Below, in pieces: positions 23,438 through 37,000 of a stretch of 64,000 bases of DNA. Both the position numbers and the translations under genes were made by a program. The DNA comes from Torpedo marmorata (lineage: Eukaryota): positions 126,356,001 through 126,420,000 of the forward strand of contig OZ360227.1 in the NCBI GenBank assembly GCA_977017645.1. Reading direction: 5' to 3'. The stretch's first letter is position 1; every line of letters begins with the position of its first letter. The notes beneath the pieces were generated by a model. The model saw only the letters and a program-made list of their open reading frames with translations. It had not been told where the DNA came from and ran no database searches.

Positions 23438-25383
23438 GGTCTCTCGTATCCCTTTTTGTTGATGTCGCTTTCCCCCTTAATTATATGCATGTAGGTTAAA
23501 TGAATACCTGACGAAAGGCTCCACGTTTTCAGCAGTGAAATTTGATAGCCAAGAGGGGGAAAAAAGTGGTTAATGAAAACCCAACCGTTGGAATTCTGAA
23601 TGTGAATCCAATTGTACGGCTGCAAGAAATGATCAGTAGCGCGAGTGTTTATGGTATGTTTTTTTTTTTGTTGCTGTTGTATTTTTGTCATTTGCAAAAG
23701 ACTCCGAGAGCAGAAGGCTTTTTCTCCTTAAACATGTTTGATATACACCATAAACAATTTGGAGCTTCGGGGAACCTCCGTATTTCGTGTTAAAGCTGTA
23801 ATATATATTCATAGCGGATTTAGTAGTGGTGAGCTCACGATGCTGTGGGGAGTCTATCGCGTTTATAAATTTTAAATCGGGGGCAGTGATGAGAGCTGGT
23901 ATTTTACGGGAATGCAATTTTTGTGATTGGTATTCATTAGCGAGAATTTCACAGTGAGCGGCCAACGGAAAATAGGTTGGGGCTAGCCAACGGTTGCTTG
24001 TAATTATAAGTGGTGGTACAATTTAGGATTTACTTTAAGTGATACACAATTTATTCATAAAACCTATTGGCAGCAAAACTTGGGCGAATTAATCAATTAC
24101 AGTTTATGAAACCCTATGGACTGGATAGCTGTTTATTTTCGAGGATTATATTAGAATTTGGATGTCATTTAATTACATTGCATGGATACAGATGTGTGCA
24201 CATCCGGAACAAACCAAGAGTGGTTAAAGACAAGGGAAAGAACATTTTTCGCCAATTAATTTTGTTATAAAGTCAGAAATCGAAGATGGTAATAAACTTC
24301 TACTTTTAGATATTTGAAGTATGATCTGATTTGTTACGCTTAGTTTGTCTTAATGAGACACTTGCAGGAATTCGTAATTTGTCTGATCAATAGGGCCACC
24401 AGTTATTTTTGATGTTAAGACTTTTGCCTTGGCAAGTCTCTGTAGAAAGACAATTCAAACTTATGAATATCGCCCAACCGAGGGACGCGTGAAAGCAGTG
24501 TGTCAGGGTTATTTGGTTTCGCCTTCCTGAGGCGGTCAATGTGTGGAAGTCCTTCAGTAGCATCACGTAAACACCGTGAAGTGTACTTGTACACTTATTA
24601 TGTATATGTGCCATATGTTTACCCCATCGGTCCTCCTTCCAGATCGAGGACTGTCGGTCCTTGCATCCCCTTGCAAAACGTGGCATTGGAATTAGTATGC
24701 GGAGGAGGTGCTGGGACCTTCGCTGAAGTATTTTGCATGTGAGCCAATTGTCGTGATGTAAACATTGGGAAACAATATGCTTTCCCGTGTACTCAATCCA
24801 GAGTGTAGCACAGAAACTACCAACAACTTATTTGAAAATTTGCCTTGTATGAAATCTGTTTGGAATAGATAGAATAGACGTTTATATTATGCGTTTCAGA
24901 AAAGCGTTAAAATAAGCACAAGTAGAGAGCAATTCCTAGTTGCTCAAGTTTGAATTTGTGAATTATTCAATAACATCAGAGTCAGCATAGTGTTGGGGTT
25001 TTAAGGTCAAATTATTTAACTGTGTAAGGAAAATAACTTGATACAAAATGTAGTGAAACATGAAAGTCTGCTGATGTATACAAATGTAACCAGGTTGCCT
25101 GATTTTGTAATAATCACATTGCATCTTCAATTATTGTAATAATTATTGTAAACTTTGTGAAAAAGAGATTTTAAAAAAATGTGTGTATACTTCATTGCTT
25201 CATAGATAAGCAGTGAAAAGAATGGAGATTTGAGCAAGTGTAATATGCAGTACTTTTGTACTATTTTGGTTAAAGCACAATACACTTTACAGTATCTGTA
25301 AATAAAACTGCTGGAGTAAAATACCATCAACCTCAGCTTGTCAGCTATAAGCAAATATGTTAAGTGTTGTGTTTGTGCTCTAG

Positions 25384-25891
25384 ATTAGAAAGAGGAGACC
25401 CAGGGGAAGTGACCATCATGCAAATATAACAAATCCCATTTCTAATATGCATGATGTTCACCCTTTCAGCAGCTGGATATGTTTTCATTGTGTTATTTCT
25501 GTGAGTGCTGACAATTTTTGTACAGATCTAGGTTGGGCTACATTATAAAGTGAAACCAGCTGTCTGTCGCTGCTCTGAGGGATGTGTTTGCTCTGCTGCG
25601 AAGATGAAGGACCACAAATCCTTGACACACTTCCCTGACATGATCAACATTCAGCTGCTGAGATTGTCTGCTTGGTCATTTTTTTTGTGTTCTGACTGAC
25701 AGCATGCAGCACAAACAAATTAAAGCAAAAAAGTTTGAACACAAATGCAATGCTCTCTTTTACCTTCAATCCCTCTGTAATTCTGTTTGAAGCATCAGTG
25801 CGAGCCACCTCAAAGTGCATTTCACCAAAGAAATATTCATCCTGGCACAGGAGAATGAGGTGAAAAGTCTGTTTCTTTCCAAACAGTTAAG
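25384..25891 (+). other. Candidate 5'UTR exon 2 (alternative acceptor at 25524)
   Basis: Acceptor gtgtttgtgctctag| or tttttgtacag|; donor TAAG|GTAATT; higher GC/complexity than flanks; only short uORF-like frames. Confidence 0.3.
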
Positions 25892-26074
25892 GTAATTCAG
25901 CAATGTTGCATTTAAAAAAAAATTTAAAAAAAATAGGATTTTGGATGTTACTTATTAGATGCTTGCTTTACAATTAAAAAGCAGATCAATTGCTGATAGG
26001 AAGTGGTATTTGGATTGTTTGTGTGCAAATTGGGAATTGGACAAGGGAGTCCCTAAAGAGGGGGAGGGTGAGGG

Positions 26075-26116
26075 GGTGGGTTGCAGGGGGGGGGGGGGGG
26101 GTGGGGGAAGGGAGGT
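26075..26116 (+). repeat. Poly-G / G-quadruplex-capable tract
   Basis: Multiple G3+ runs including a long G homopolymer. Confidence 0.8.
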
Positions 26117-27849
26117 TTAATGTTAATACTTTAAATCTGGACTTGTAGAGGATTCATGAGCATCCATAGATTTACACCAGTAATTATCATATCCCAAGTG
26201 ACACAGGTAGACATTTGCCTAAAAAACTGATGACTTCATTACAGTGTTTACACTTTAATAGAGCAGATTAGCAATTGCTATCTATGGTTACAGCATAGCT
26301 AAGGGACAACTTGATAATATTTTCATGAAAATTTCTGAGCAAAATAAAAAATAAACCAGTTTTGTAATACAAAGCAATGGATGGAAAGGAAAATTAAGTT
26401 TTGAAACAATTTCAAATTCCTGATCTAAATCCTGATTTTTTTTTTTTTCAAATTGTCTTTGTTATGTTTCAGTATTCTGCAGAGTTTGTTTTTTTTGCTG
26501 CCCATTGAATGTTTTATACAATAAGGCAGAATAGTACCTGAGAGCTGATCAGTTCTCTGGTCTGTAAAAATATGATGAAAATGTTGGTAAACTGCCATGA
26601 GGGTTTAGGGAATGTCGGAAAAATGTCTGTGTAATCAGCTTCAAACTCCTGTCTAAAACACCCTGCACTGGAAATAGCTGTCTATTGACCAGAAGCCGAT
26701 GGGTGAAGAGCGTACTTGCTGATCAGTGCATTAGTAAATCAACAATTCATTGCAATGGCCAGATACAGATTTGATAACAGGGTCACTATTTGTGTGTGCA
26801 TTCAAAGCAAACTTGTTAAATATGGAGAAAAACATATATAAAAGAATTACAAAATAAAATATCATACATAGTAAAATGACTGTTACTTAAATAGCCAAAT
26901 GTTAAGTCACAATTAGCATTGTATCAACAAAATGTAAATTCAGATGGTCCAAAATATGAATGTAGTAAATTCCTACTGTTTGAATTCACTGATGTTAGAA
27001 TTCTTTTTTTTTTTTTTTGTGAATTACTGTCAGTATTTAAAAGAAAGTAAAGTTCAAAGTATGATCAAATACTGAACCCTGTATTTTATTTCCAGCTGAA
27101 ATTATTTTAGTTCAAGGTTGCATTGTTATTGCATGATCATTTTTTTTTCTTCCAGTTCTTTGCCTTGTTCAATACCAAAGGGCACTTGGGTATTTTATTG
27201 TCTGTCTATTTCTAGAAATGTATTTGTCACTCCAGTATTTCATTATAAAAATTTGTTCTCTTTTAAAATTCATTGTTTTGCTGTCCATGGCAATAATGGG
27301 TGTTTAATTACTCAATAAGAGATTCCATTTTTACTGCAGGCTAGACAAACGGTATTGATTTTTTTTACTTTGCTGCAATATGAAACTGAAAAACACAATT
27401 ACAATTCTTTGCCTTGTGAAGTGCATTAGTCCTGGTGAAAATCGGCTCTCTAGTTACAGGAACCAACCAGCTGAGACTGTAAAAGCATTTATTTTATGAT
27501 TCTTGCTTTATGAAAATATTGGTGATAATGATTTTCCTCCAGCTATATTTACTAAAATTACTGTGATCCTTGCCAAATCCAGCCTTGTATTCTTTTATTA
27601 AAAGTTGTTCTGCATTGCAATTTTTTTTATTAAAAAATGCCATTTTAACACCATTTATGTTTTAGTTATACCAGCACACTTAAGTTATGCTAAGCAACAT
27701 TTCACTACATTGAGTATAAGCATGACAGATAGAAACTTGCGTTAATTTAGTTTTTATAATCTTCTCGATCACCATCCTTTTACAAATGCTCGGACTTCTT
27801 GTTGGAGGCTTCAGTTACCCTTTGATATTTTGGGGTGGCTTTCATTCAA

Positions 27850-28060
27850 GCCTTGTCAGGGAATGTTGGTAGGCTATTCAAATCTATATGCGCACTCTCA
27901 CTCTCAACAGGATTCATTGGATTAAAAAATAAACCCTGGGTGTTTTTTTTTCTTCCTCTCTGACACAGAGATGCTGTGGCATACTTTGTGCTTTGGCAGA
28001 GGACTAATTTAACACAGACTGGAATCGAACCCAGGATCATTCAGGTCGGTGTAGATGTTG
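27850..28060 (-). mobile_element. Ancient tRNA-derived SINE relic
   Basis: Minus-strand B box GGTTCGATTCC (28021-28031) followed by agtctgtgttaaattag; family not assignable. Confidence 0.4.
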
Positions 28061-30957
28061 CTTACTTGAACAGCTTCTTGAACAATCGATGAAGTCTATT
28101 TAAAATCTTTTAGTTTAATCTTAAAAAGAAGTGATTGACTCAATATGGCCATTGAAGATTCAGTGTAGAATAATAAATTCTATATATAAAAAAAAATATT
28201 TCATGAGCAGAAGAATAATGAGCAAAATGGGGTTAATGTGAGCACTATTGAGTGGAAAATAAGTACCTTCTGGAATGGTACATTTAACAGTTCTCTGAAA
28301 AAAAAATCTCATTCAGATTTTAAATTTGAAATATTAAAAAAGTGAACATGCAGTTTTAGTCATGAATAAATTCAGAGGACATGTAAAGCATTTTAATAGT
28401 AGTGCAAAGATGATTCATTGTGAGTTTCTAATAAAAGTAAGTTTTCTCAAAATCCTATTTAATTAACTATCTGATTAAGTACCGGTAATATGATTTTTTA
28501 AAATGCTTTTATATAATAAATGAACATTTGTCTGCCTGGTGTATGACATATGGAAAAGAAAAGCAAAATAATTGTCAGTTAAAACTGCTTGATGGCAGTC
28601 CTTTATGAAGGTGTGTCCTAATTACTACAACATTTTTACTAACTTTTATTACCATTTGCCTTCAGATTCTCTGTTCTTCTTAGTCATAGCATTCATTAGT
28701 TGCCTAGTTCACCTTTGTTCAAGGCAGACTTGGGAAATGACCTCATATTTGAGTGACTGGCGATAACAAATTGTAGCATCTTTACCATTCAGACTAAGAG
28801 TACTGTGACTGCTAAAGACTTCTTCAAACCAATAAATGGCTGTAACATCCACTTAATTTTTTAATTAAACTTTAAAGCTTGGAAACTTAATTACTATTTA
28901 ATACTAGGCAATTAAAGTGTGTGGTCAGGGCTGTCTATATAAAATACATCAATTTGAACCTGCCATTTGATTAATGGCCTTGCCGATGTAGAAAGTGCAC
29001 CACAAAAGAGAGCTGCAATAGGGTCATATCTTTAATAGCTGTATAAAGTGCATTTTAGCTGTTATTCTCTGCAACAACTGACTCAAAAATCATATATTAT
29101 ATAAATTTCATTATCTGCTTTATAAGTTCATACTTCTGAATTTCAATTATTTTAGCACTGGTTAATGTATGAGCAGATCTGCATAACATATTATAATAAC
29201 CTTAAGGTAGAAAGTCGCTGAAAAATCACTGGTTAGTAACTGTACACTGCTGTTCCCTTTGGATTGTATTTAGATTTAATAACTTGCTGTTTCTCCAATT
29301 TGTTTGTAATATTCATTGTTTTACACTATAAAATGCATTTGCAATTTGCATAACATTTTTATTTTCTGTGCATAATAAATTAATCAATTATATATGCATG
29401 CAAAACAGGAAATTTAAAATTCTCATGCAAATAAAACTAAAAATCTCAGCCTTAAAAGCTAGTAATGGGAATTTTGAAGGATTAATTTTGTTTAATTTTA
29501 TATTATTTTAAATGTTTATTTATTAACATTATTTTAAGTAGTTAATGAGTGAGAAAAGGATATTCTTAATTTGTCTCATTAATGAAACCTAGGCTAAATA
29601 TTCACCATAATGATCACTTGCAGCAGGAACTGCTGTGATTTCTGTTAATAGTGTAATTGTTGTGTACTATATGTATTTTCCATAAAAACATTTTAAGTTA
29701 GTGAAGATGGATACAAGATGTTTGGTCTATTTTACAGTAGACCTGGAATGATTTAGTTCACACTATTTCAGGAGTCACTGTTTACAATGTGTCAAGTCTC
29801 CATTCACAGACACAGCTGCTTGGATTCTTTTTGCTGAAGTCTTATTGTGATGTGGGGAAACTTGACCTACAAGTACTTTCATGAATGAGATAGTCCAATT
29901 TTTAAATATTGTGCTAAATCACACAGTTTTTAAGCACATTTTATTTGCTAAAATCAAGGAATAATTGGTTATTTGGGTCTGTTATGATTTGTCATTCATT
30001 CAGGTGCAAATGTCGAGTTGTGACCCATCTGCTTTCTTCTTTAAAATAGTGAGTTTAGGATTAGGGGATGACCCTCTTCTGTGTTGTTGCAAGAAATACT
30101 ATTAATCACATCCAGTTTCCACAGAAGATGCAGTCAAATCATCTTATTACTTTAGGAACACAGACCCTAATTCATGCTTCGGCAAAATGAAAATTAGCTA
30201 GCATTGGCTTGGTCCAATGTTTAATATAGAGTTTCATGATTTTGACTATTTTGTTTTTGCAATAATCACTGAAGAGCAATGTGTGTGTGTGATATGATGG
30301 CATTCCATTAGTTTCATAAAGTAGAATGGTTTATTCTTCGGTAAAATAGCCCTGTAAATTTTATAAGCTCTTTTGCTGCTGATTTATTCTAATTGGCAGA
30401 TTTTTGATGTTTAATGTTTTCACAATGAGGAAAATAGATTGTCATGAGCATATGAAGTTTATAATGTCCACACTCTATGTACAAGACCATATTTCTTGCA
30501 TTCTCGAGTTTATTTATCCATATTTATTATTCAGCCAGGTAAAGGTCACGTCTGCACAAACGTGCGTTTAAAGTATTTACCAGATGGAATAAATTGCGAA
30601 TTTTAAGCAACATCATAAAATTGTTATCAGGAATTAAAGTACATGCTGTCCATCAGTCAATGGCATTGTGAGCATTTATCAGAAAAGTTTGGGAAATGGT
30701 TAGCGATCGTGATTGTAAATTGTATTACACTGAGTTCCAAAGTAAATTTGGAAAGAATTGCCCAATTTGCTTTGAAATGTGAGTTAGGAGCCCTGGTTTG
30801 CATATCTATTGCATATTTTATACCTTGCATCCTGAACTTTAATTTAGAAATTTTAACACAGCCAGAATTTTAATATACTTGGATGATTAGCCAAATTGAA
30901 ATCTAAGGTAATTGTTCTATGATTGACGAAAACACCAATGTAATGAGCCATGGAAAG

Positions 30958-31240
30958 GAACATCAGAATTTATTGTCATGAACAAGTCATGAAATTCGGT
31001 GTTTTGCGGCAGCATCATAGTGCAAACATTCATATTATAACCATCTTACGACATTACTATAAAAAAAATATAAATAGTAGTGCACGAAAAGTAAGGCAGT
31101 GTCGTTGGTTCATTGATTATTCAGGAATTTGATGGCAGTGGGGAAGAAGCTGTCCTTGTGCCGTTGAGTGCTCGTCTTTAGGCTCCTGTACCTTTTTCCC
31201 GATGGTAGCAGAGTGAAGAGGGCATGGCCTGGGTGGTGGA
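30958..31240 (-). mobile_element. Rex/Babar-like LINE 3' end (family B)
   Basis: Reverse complement of 13980-14263 (ATGACAATAAATTCTGAT tail). Confidence 0.85.
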
Positions 31241-33012
31241 TACTGGATCAGATTCTGATCTTCAGTTCAATGGGAATATTTGAGTTGAAGCTAAAATGTT
31301 TCCTGAGCAGGATAAAAATAAACTAACACCTGAGTCTCCTTAATTATTCTTGTATGCATTTTAGTGAACAATTACTGAGCAACGTTACTAGAGAGTTTTA
31401 AACATGTGCTCTGTTCAGTGTGCGTGCGTTTGTGTGTATGATATTTGAGAAAAAGAGTAGACCAAGGTTGAGGAGAAAGAGCTGAAAAGTATCTGCTATC
31501 TAGATGTTAGATTCTTGTTATTAAACTGTGCATTGCATTTTTCCCCAAAAATCTTTCATTTGGAATGATGGTTTCAAAAGTAAAGCAGATTTGTATGCAA
31601 TTTGTTTTTTGTTAATGCCACAAATAGCAGAAAGTTTTGTAAAAGAAGCTAATATGCACATCTCCTTTGGAAATCTAAAACTTTTTGCCTTTATTTAGCT
31701 CTTAATATTGACTGCTATTGATATTCAACACATAAACACTGGAAGGACAAACACAGTCGAGTTAGAATATTAAGAAGCTGGCAGAAAATTCAGTAGGTAT
31801 GTCTGATATTGTTCATGTTGTATACAGTACTGTTAAATATTCCACGTCAATAAATCCATACCAATGGTTTATTTGACAGTGTTTATGCTTCTGTGTGGAC
31901 TGTGCTCCAGCACATGCATTCCACCAAGATCACCAGTTGTAGGGTTTATTTCTTTCCCTAATGGTACGGCAGAGCTAATGAACCTCAACTCTGGCATACC
32001 TTGTTTATTCCTTATTTGGTCTGGGTTTCTGCTTCTGTTTTTTTTTCTTGCATTTAATTTGACTTTCATTTGCCCAAAGTGTTATTTCAGTATTCATTTG
32101 CATTTTACTTTATATCATGGGCAGAAACCTTGATGTCCATTCTTTGGTTGTCTTGTAATTCTACAACTACCTACGGCATTGGTGGGATGTTTCAGGATGC
32201 AGCCATCTGACTTCCAAAACTGGCAGCCTCTTGCAGTGGATACATTTTATTCAACTTGTATTTTAAACATTTTTGGTTTTCCGAAAGACATTTTCAAATG
32301 TCAGGATATATGACTGACTCTCATTGACAGAAGCCTCTGTGGTATACTGTCACACAGTAATCCATTGAACCCTTTGCATATCCTGTTATAATCAATACTT
32401 TAAAATTACGGTGAGCCCCAGAACAACCATGTTATATTTATAATGTAATAAATGCATTTGCATCAGTAAATGTACAAAATTCATGGTTACTTGTATCAGT
32501 ATCAGCCCATTGCTCCATGCTTTGACTACCCATGAGCCAATTTACTGACATTATTCCTCTGCATAGTAATGTGCAATCATGGAAAACGTAATCATTCCAT
32601 ATTCTATTGTTTAATGCATGCCATAGTAAATCAGATTCTAAATTTGAGTGCTGTATATTTGGAGTCAGAAATTTTCTGTGTGGGGGAAAATCAGGGTTTA
32701 TTTCCTTTAGATTAGAAATAACCTTGAAAAGCCTTACAAGAACCTTTGTATGCTTGCTTAGCACATAAGAATGCATTTAGTTCAGGCAGGTATTTGATGT
32801 ATTTTTGTGTGAACTGCTTAAGAAAGTTATTTTTTTTAACATTTGGTACTTGTTAGCATGTTGCTATGTGCCAATTTACACAAAAGACTGGGTGACGAGA
32901 GAAATTCCTTGTGTCTACCAAATTTAACTAAGTAAAATTTTATTAAAAGTAGCAATACTTCTCCTTTAAAATGTATATAAATGTCAAGAGGAGCATGGAT
33001 AGAGAGCCTGTA

Positions 33013-34006
33013 GACCTTTTCACACCTCCGATTACACGTGAGTTAACCCTCCAAATTGGAGGGAAAAATCGCGCGGTGTGAAAAGACATAACCCGGCAAG
33101 GCGAGTCAATTTCAACTTGGCTCTGATACATGGTGGGGTCAAGTATCAGAGCCCGGCTGAGTTAACTCACTAATCGCCTTCTGGCGGTGTGAATGGTCTA
33201 CTCGACTTATCGGGTATCATTAGTGCCTGCGTGCTTGCGTCAGTCTGGCAGTTATATTTCACAGTGCGGCGCTACCTGAACCCTGCTGCCTGACAGCCCC
33301 CCACTCCGCTGCCTGAGCTCCGCTGCCTGAACCCCGTTGCCTGACAGCCCCCCGCATCGCTGCCTGACAGCCCCGCCACCCCGCTCCTTTCCTCCTCCAT
33401 TCCCCTCCCTCTCCACCCCCTCCCTCTCTCTTCCATTCCCCCTTCCTCTTGCCCCATCTCCCCCCTATCAGCCCCACACCGATCCCACTGCCTCGCTCCA
33501 TCCCGACAGCCCCATCGCCCCGGTGTGAGGGAGCAGGGCGGGGGAGCGGGTGGCGTGAGGGAGCGTGATGGAACTCAGATCATTAAATATTCTGATTGTA
33601 AACAATGATCTGACAAGCTGCACTTTCAAAAAATGTGTAAAACTTAGGGTCCATTAAAGTGAAATAATGGAATAATTTTGATTGCAAAACAACTATGTTT
33701 AATAAAAACTTGTCAGGCATCTCGATTTAAAAAGCACTCCGAGTTAAACATTGTAATATAATATTCCAAAATCTCTATGTCTTGTGTAGTGATTCAAATC
33801 GCTGTTCCATGAATCAGTCAGCTGGGCTGTCAGAGCGCTGTACGTAATACATCACTCGTGCCGTCACAGCTGGAGGCGGGAGCCCCCTTAAAATCCCGAG
33901 TTGGTGAATTACCTGCAAATAATGGTGCAGTGTGAAAAGCTCCCGAGTCCAGCATTCCCTGTAGGTTTTCCCACTTCCTAGGTGGGTTGGCGGTGTGAAA
34001 AAGGGC
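33013..34006. mobile_element. PIF/Harbinger-like MITE, long form
   Basis: TIRs GACCTTTTCACACC / GGTGTGAAAAAGGGC flanked by TA; repeated GGTGTGAAA subterminal motifs; internal GCTGCCTGACAGCCC minisatellite. Confidence 0.7.
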
Positions 34007-37000
34007 TAGAGTTTTGAATGATACTAGATGAGGTACATTCAAGTTTGTTTTTTATGGAGCTCTTTAGCTCTTTTGATTTTTCTTGTAAATATCTCAGGGG
34101 AAGGCATGTATCAATCGTATTTGTCTTGAGCAGCAATAGCAAAAACACTTCAACGTATCAAGCTCTTTTTTGAGTAGATGTCTTGCAGTGCTTTTTCTGA
34201 ACATTGTAGCATTATGTTGCATCCAAATGATAAACTGGTTTTTCCTTTACTCCAGTACTTTTCCTTCAAATTCTTTCAAACATCAATGACAAAGTAGTGT
34301 TAATTTCTGTGTATATTTAGTCTTGTGTGCATGGGAAAATTGGTGATCAAAGGCTAAATCTAATATTTATACTTTTAACTATTTCAGTCTTCTTGTAATT
34401 CACTGCACTTGTTTTCCTGTTTCCTTCTCTGTATTATTGAGAGTAAGCACTGACACATCAGCTCTGAGAAACCACCACACATCCTGTTTAAACATTTGAA
34501 AATAATATTAAGGTTAATAATTCAATGCAATTGCTTAATCTTCAAAAGGGGTTCTGATAATAGGGCAAATTCTTTAAATTTGAAAGTTTGCCGAATTAAA
34601 TTTGAAGTCATAGCTTTCATTTCTTTCTGCTCATAGTCTAACCTGTCAAGCCATCATTTCAGTGACACTGGGGGATTGGAACCACTATCCACTGTTTACT
34701 TTAAACTGAGTACAGGTCATGCATTTTAGATGTTCTCTTTGATTTCTGTGCAGCAGTGAAAGGAAAAAGAAAGGTAATATTGTACCCCATTCACTCCACC
34801 CCCATCCAATTTAAATGTTTTCACTTTTCTTGTCTTGCTCACTCCTGCACAGTGCCTGAGAAAATAGGCAGATACGCTGCTGCCATTCCAGTAATAAAGC
34901 TGCTCACATCCTTCTGTCAGAAAAGCACCTTTCTGTTCAGCTCCTCTCCAGGCCACAATCTCAGACCAAAATCTATCTGGGGAATTACCTGCCAAATTTT
35001 TGTTTAGACATTCTTGTGACACCACACGTTAACACACCAATGCACAATATTGCTATGTTTGATAATCATTGGACAACTCTGATTCAAAACATATAAATAC
35101 ACTAATACTAGCAATCTTTAAACAAGTTTGCTTTTCTATAATAGTTCTTTTCAGTATTCATGCTCAGCATTTAGGAGGGATTGCGTCGCGTAAAATTGTT
35201 TATATTTTGGAGAGGTTGGTTTAAACACTGCTGCATCATACATTTTCAGGTATAATTTAAAATACACATTCACATAATATACTTGTTAATAGGAATCCCC
35301 AGAAGGAAGTAATATAATTCTGGATTAAAAATGTACATCAGCAGTCTTAAAGTACCAAAACCTGCAAAACTTTTTTTTTAATCCATATATTTCTTTCTAG
35401 TTTCTAATAAAATACAAGTTCTTAAACATTGTTATTCTGCCATTTATTTATAGCTATTAATAAAGCCACCATGTTAATATTGACATATTCTAAATGCACA
35501 AAATACTGAAACAGCCTATTTTAGTTAAATAGCTGTACATTTACCTCTTAAATGCACTAATGCAGAAATCATCTCTGATACCTTTTAGTAATTTCACTTT
35601 TTAAAAAAAAAAGTTATTGGCCACAAGGATTTCTAAATGTTTTTTTAACTGTCACAGAGCTAGCTGTACAATGTCATGTTAATTATCATTTATGAATTTT
35701 CAGCTAATTTAGTACTTGTCAAAAAAGACTTTTGTCTTTATGGTAGTGCATATTATGTTCCTGGATAAATACCTCTATAGCTTTTCCCTGAGGTCTTAAT
35801 TTAAAGTCTTTTTAGTCTTGCTGATCTGGTCAGCAGCAATGCATGAATAAAGCGACTGTGCTGTGCAGTACAAATTATTATTCATAAGTGGGCATCTTAG
35901 GCAATTCTTACCAAGTAATTACATTTCCTTCACATGGAAAATAGTCTATGTTCCTGGAAAGGAACAGTCTAGAAATGTTTCAGTCACTGAAAGGGATTGC
36001 AATGGAAATTTTACTAATGCAGTTTCTTTGTCAAGTACCAATAGATGTGTCTGAGAATGACAAGGAACATAGAAACAAGATATTAGACATCTTTTGAGTG
36101 TTCTGTTTTCTAGAAAAGGGAATATGTTCATTTTCACTCTCATAGTTAGGCCTGGGTAATTGTTCAGTGGAGGAGAACATATAAGAAGCATGTAGTGAAC
36201 AATTCAATTCAAAAGGATGAAATGTGCTCAGTTTTGTGGAATTTGCTGTTTAACAATAGATGAATTATGAACACAGTTTATTAAATGGGGAAGAAAATTA
36301 TTCATAAACTATACTTTACAACACACTTTTCCTCTATCTGTAGTGATATGAATTTTGTGTTTGAATTTTGAATGATGCAGTTTGCTGTAGGATAGTTGTA
36401 GCTAGTTTGAGCCTGAATTTTAAGTTATTGTTTTTGAAACAAAATTCTTCTAAAAATCACCAGATCAAAAAAAAAGAATTTGTGTTGAATTCTTCCTCTT
36501 TCAATACTAATTTTTATATTGTACTCTGAAATATCGCAGACTGGAAGCCAACAGAACATGACTTGAGAATGGGAGAATGTGTGTGGAAGATATACCAATT
36601 GTTGCTTGGACTTCATATGCAAGCAGAACATGAGTCAATCAATTCAGTGTCAGTAATCAGTGCTTCTTTCAAATATCTCTGGTCACCATCATATATCCTG
36701 TAAAGTATTAATCAAATTTTCAGTGGATGCAATGACTGGAGACTTCTTGCTTGCCAATGCAGTTCCCAGTATGTTTCCAGTACATATACACGACAGCCTG
36801 ATGTACTTGGTGTATGTTGAAAGTGTGCATAGCATTATCTATTTACACATCTTCCCCACTATTACTTTTGGACAGTTTCACTATAAATATGTAAAATCTC
36901 ATATTTCTTAGGCTATTTTAGAGATCATTCATTTTCTTCTCGAGTACATTTAGACATGTTCATTAACCATTTGGTAATGAATTTTAATGTTTGTCATTTG

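Noticed and set aside
25384-25891. Assigning a gene name to the candidate UTR exons
   Set aside because: I do not recognise the sequence; a database search is required
33280-33385. CRISPR-like repeat-spacer pattern (GCCTGA repeats)
   Set aside because: Short degenerate minisatellite inside a MITE in a vertebrate genome; no unique spacers and no cas genes
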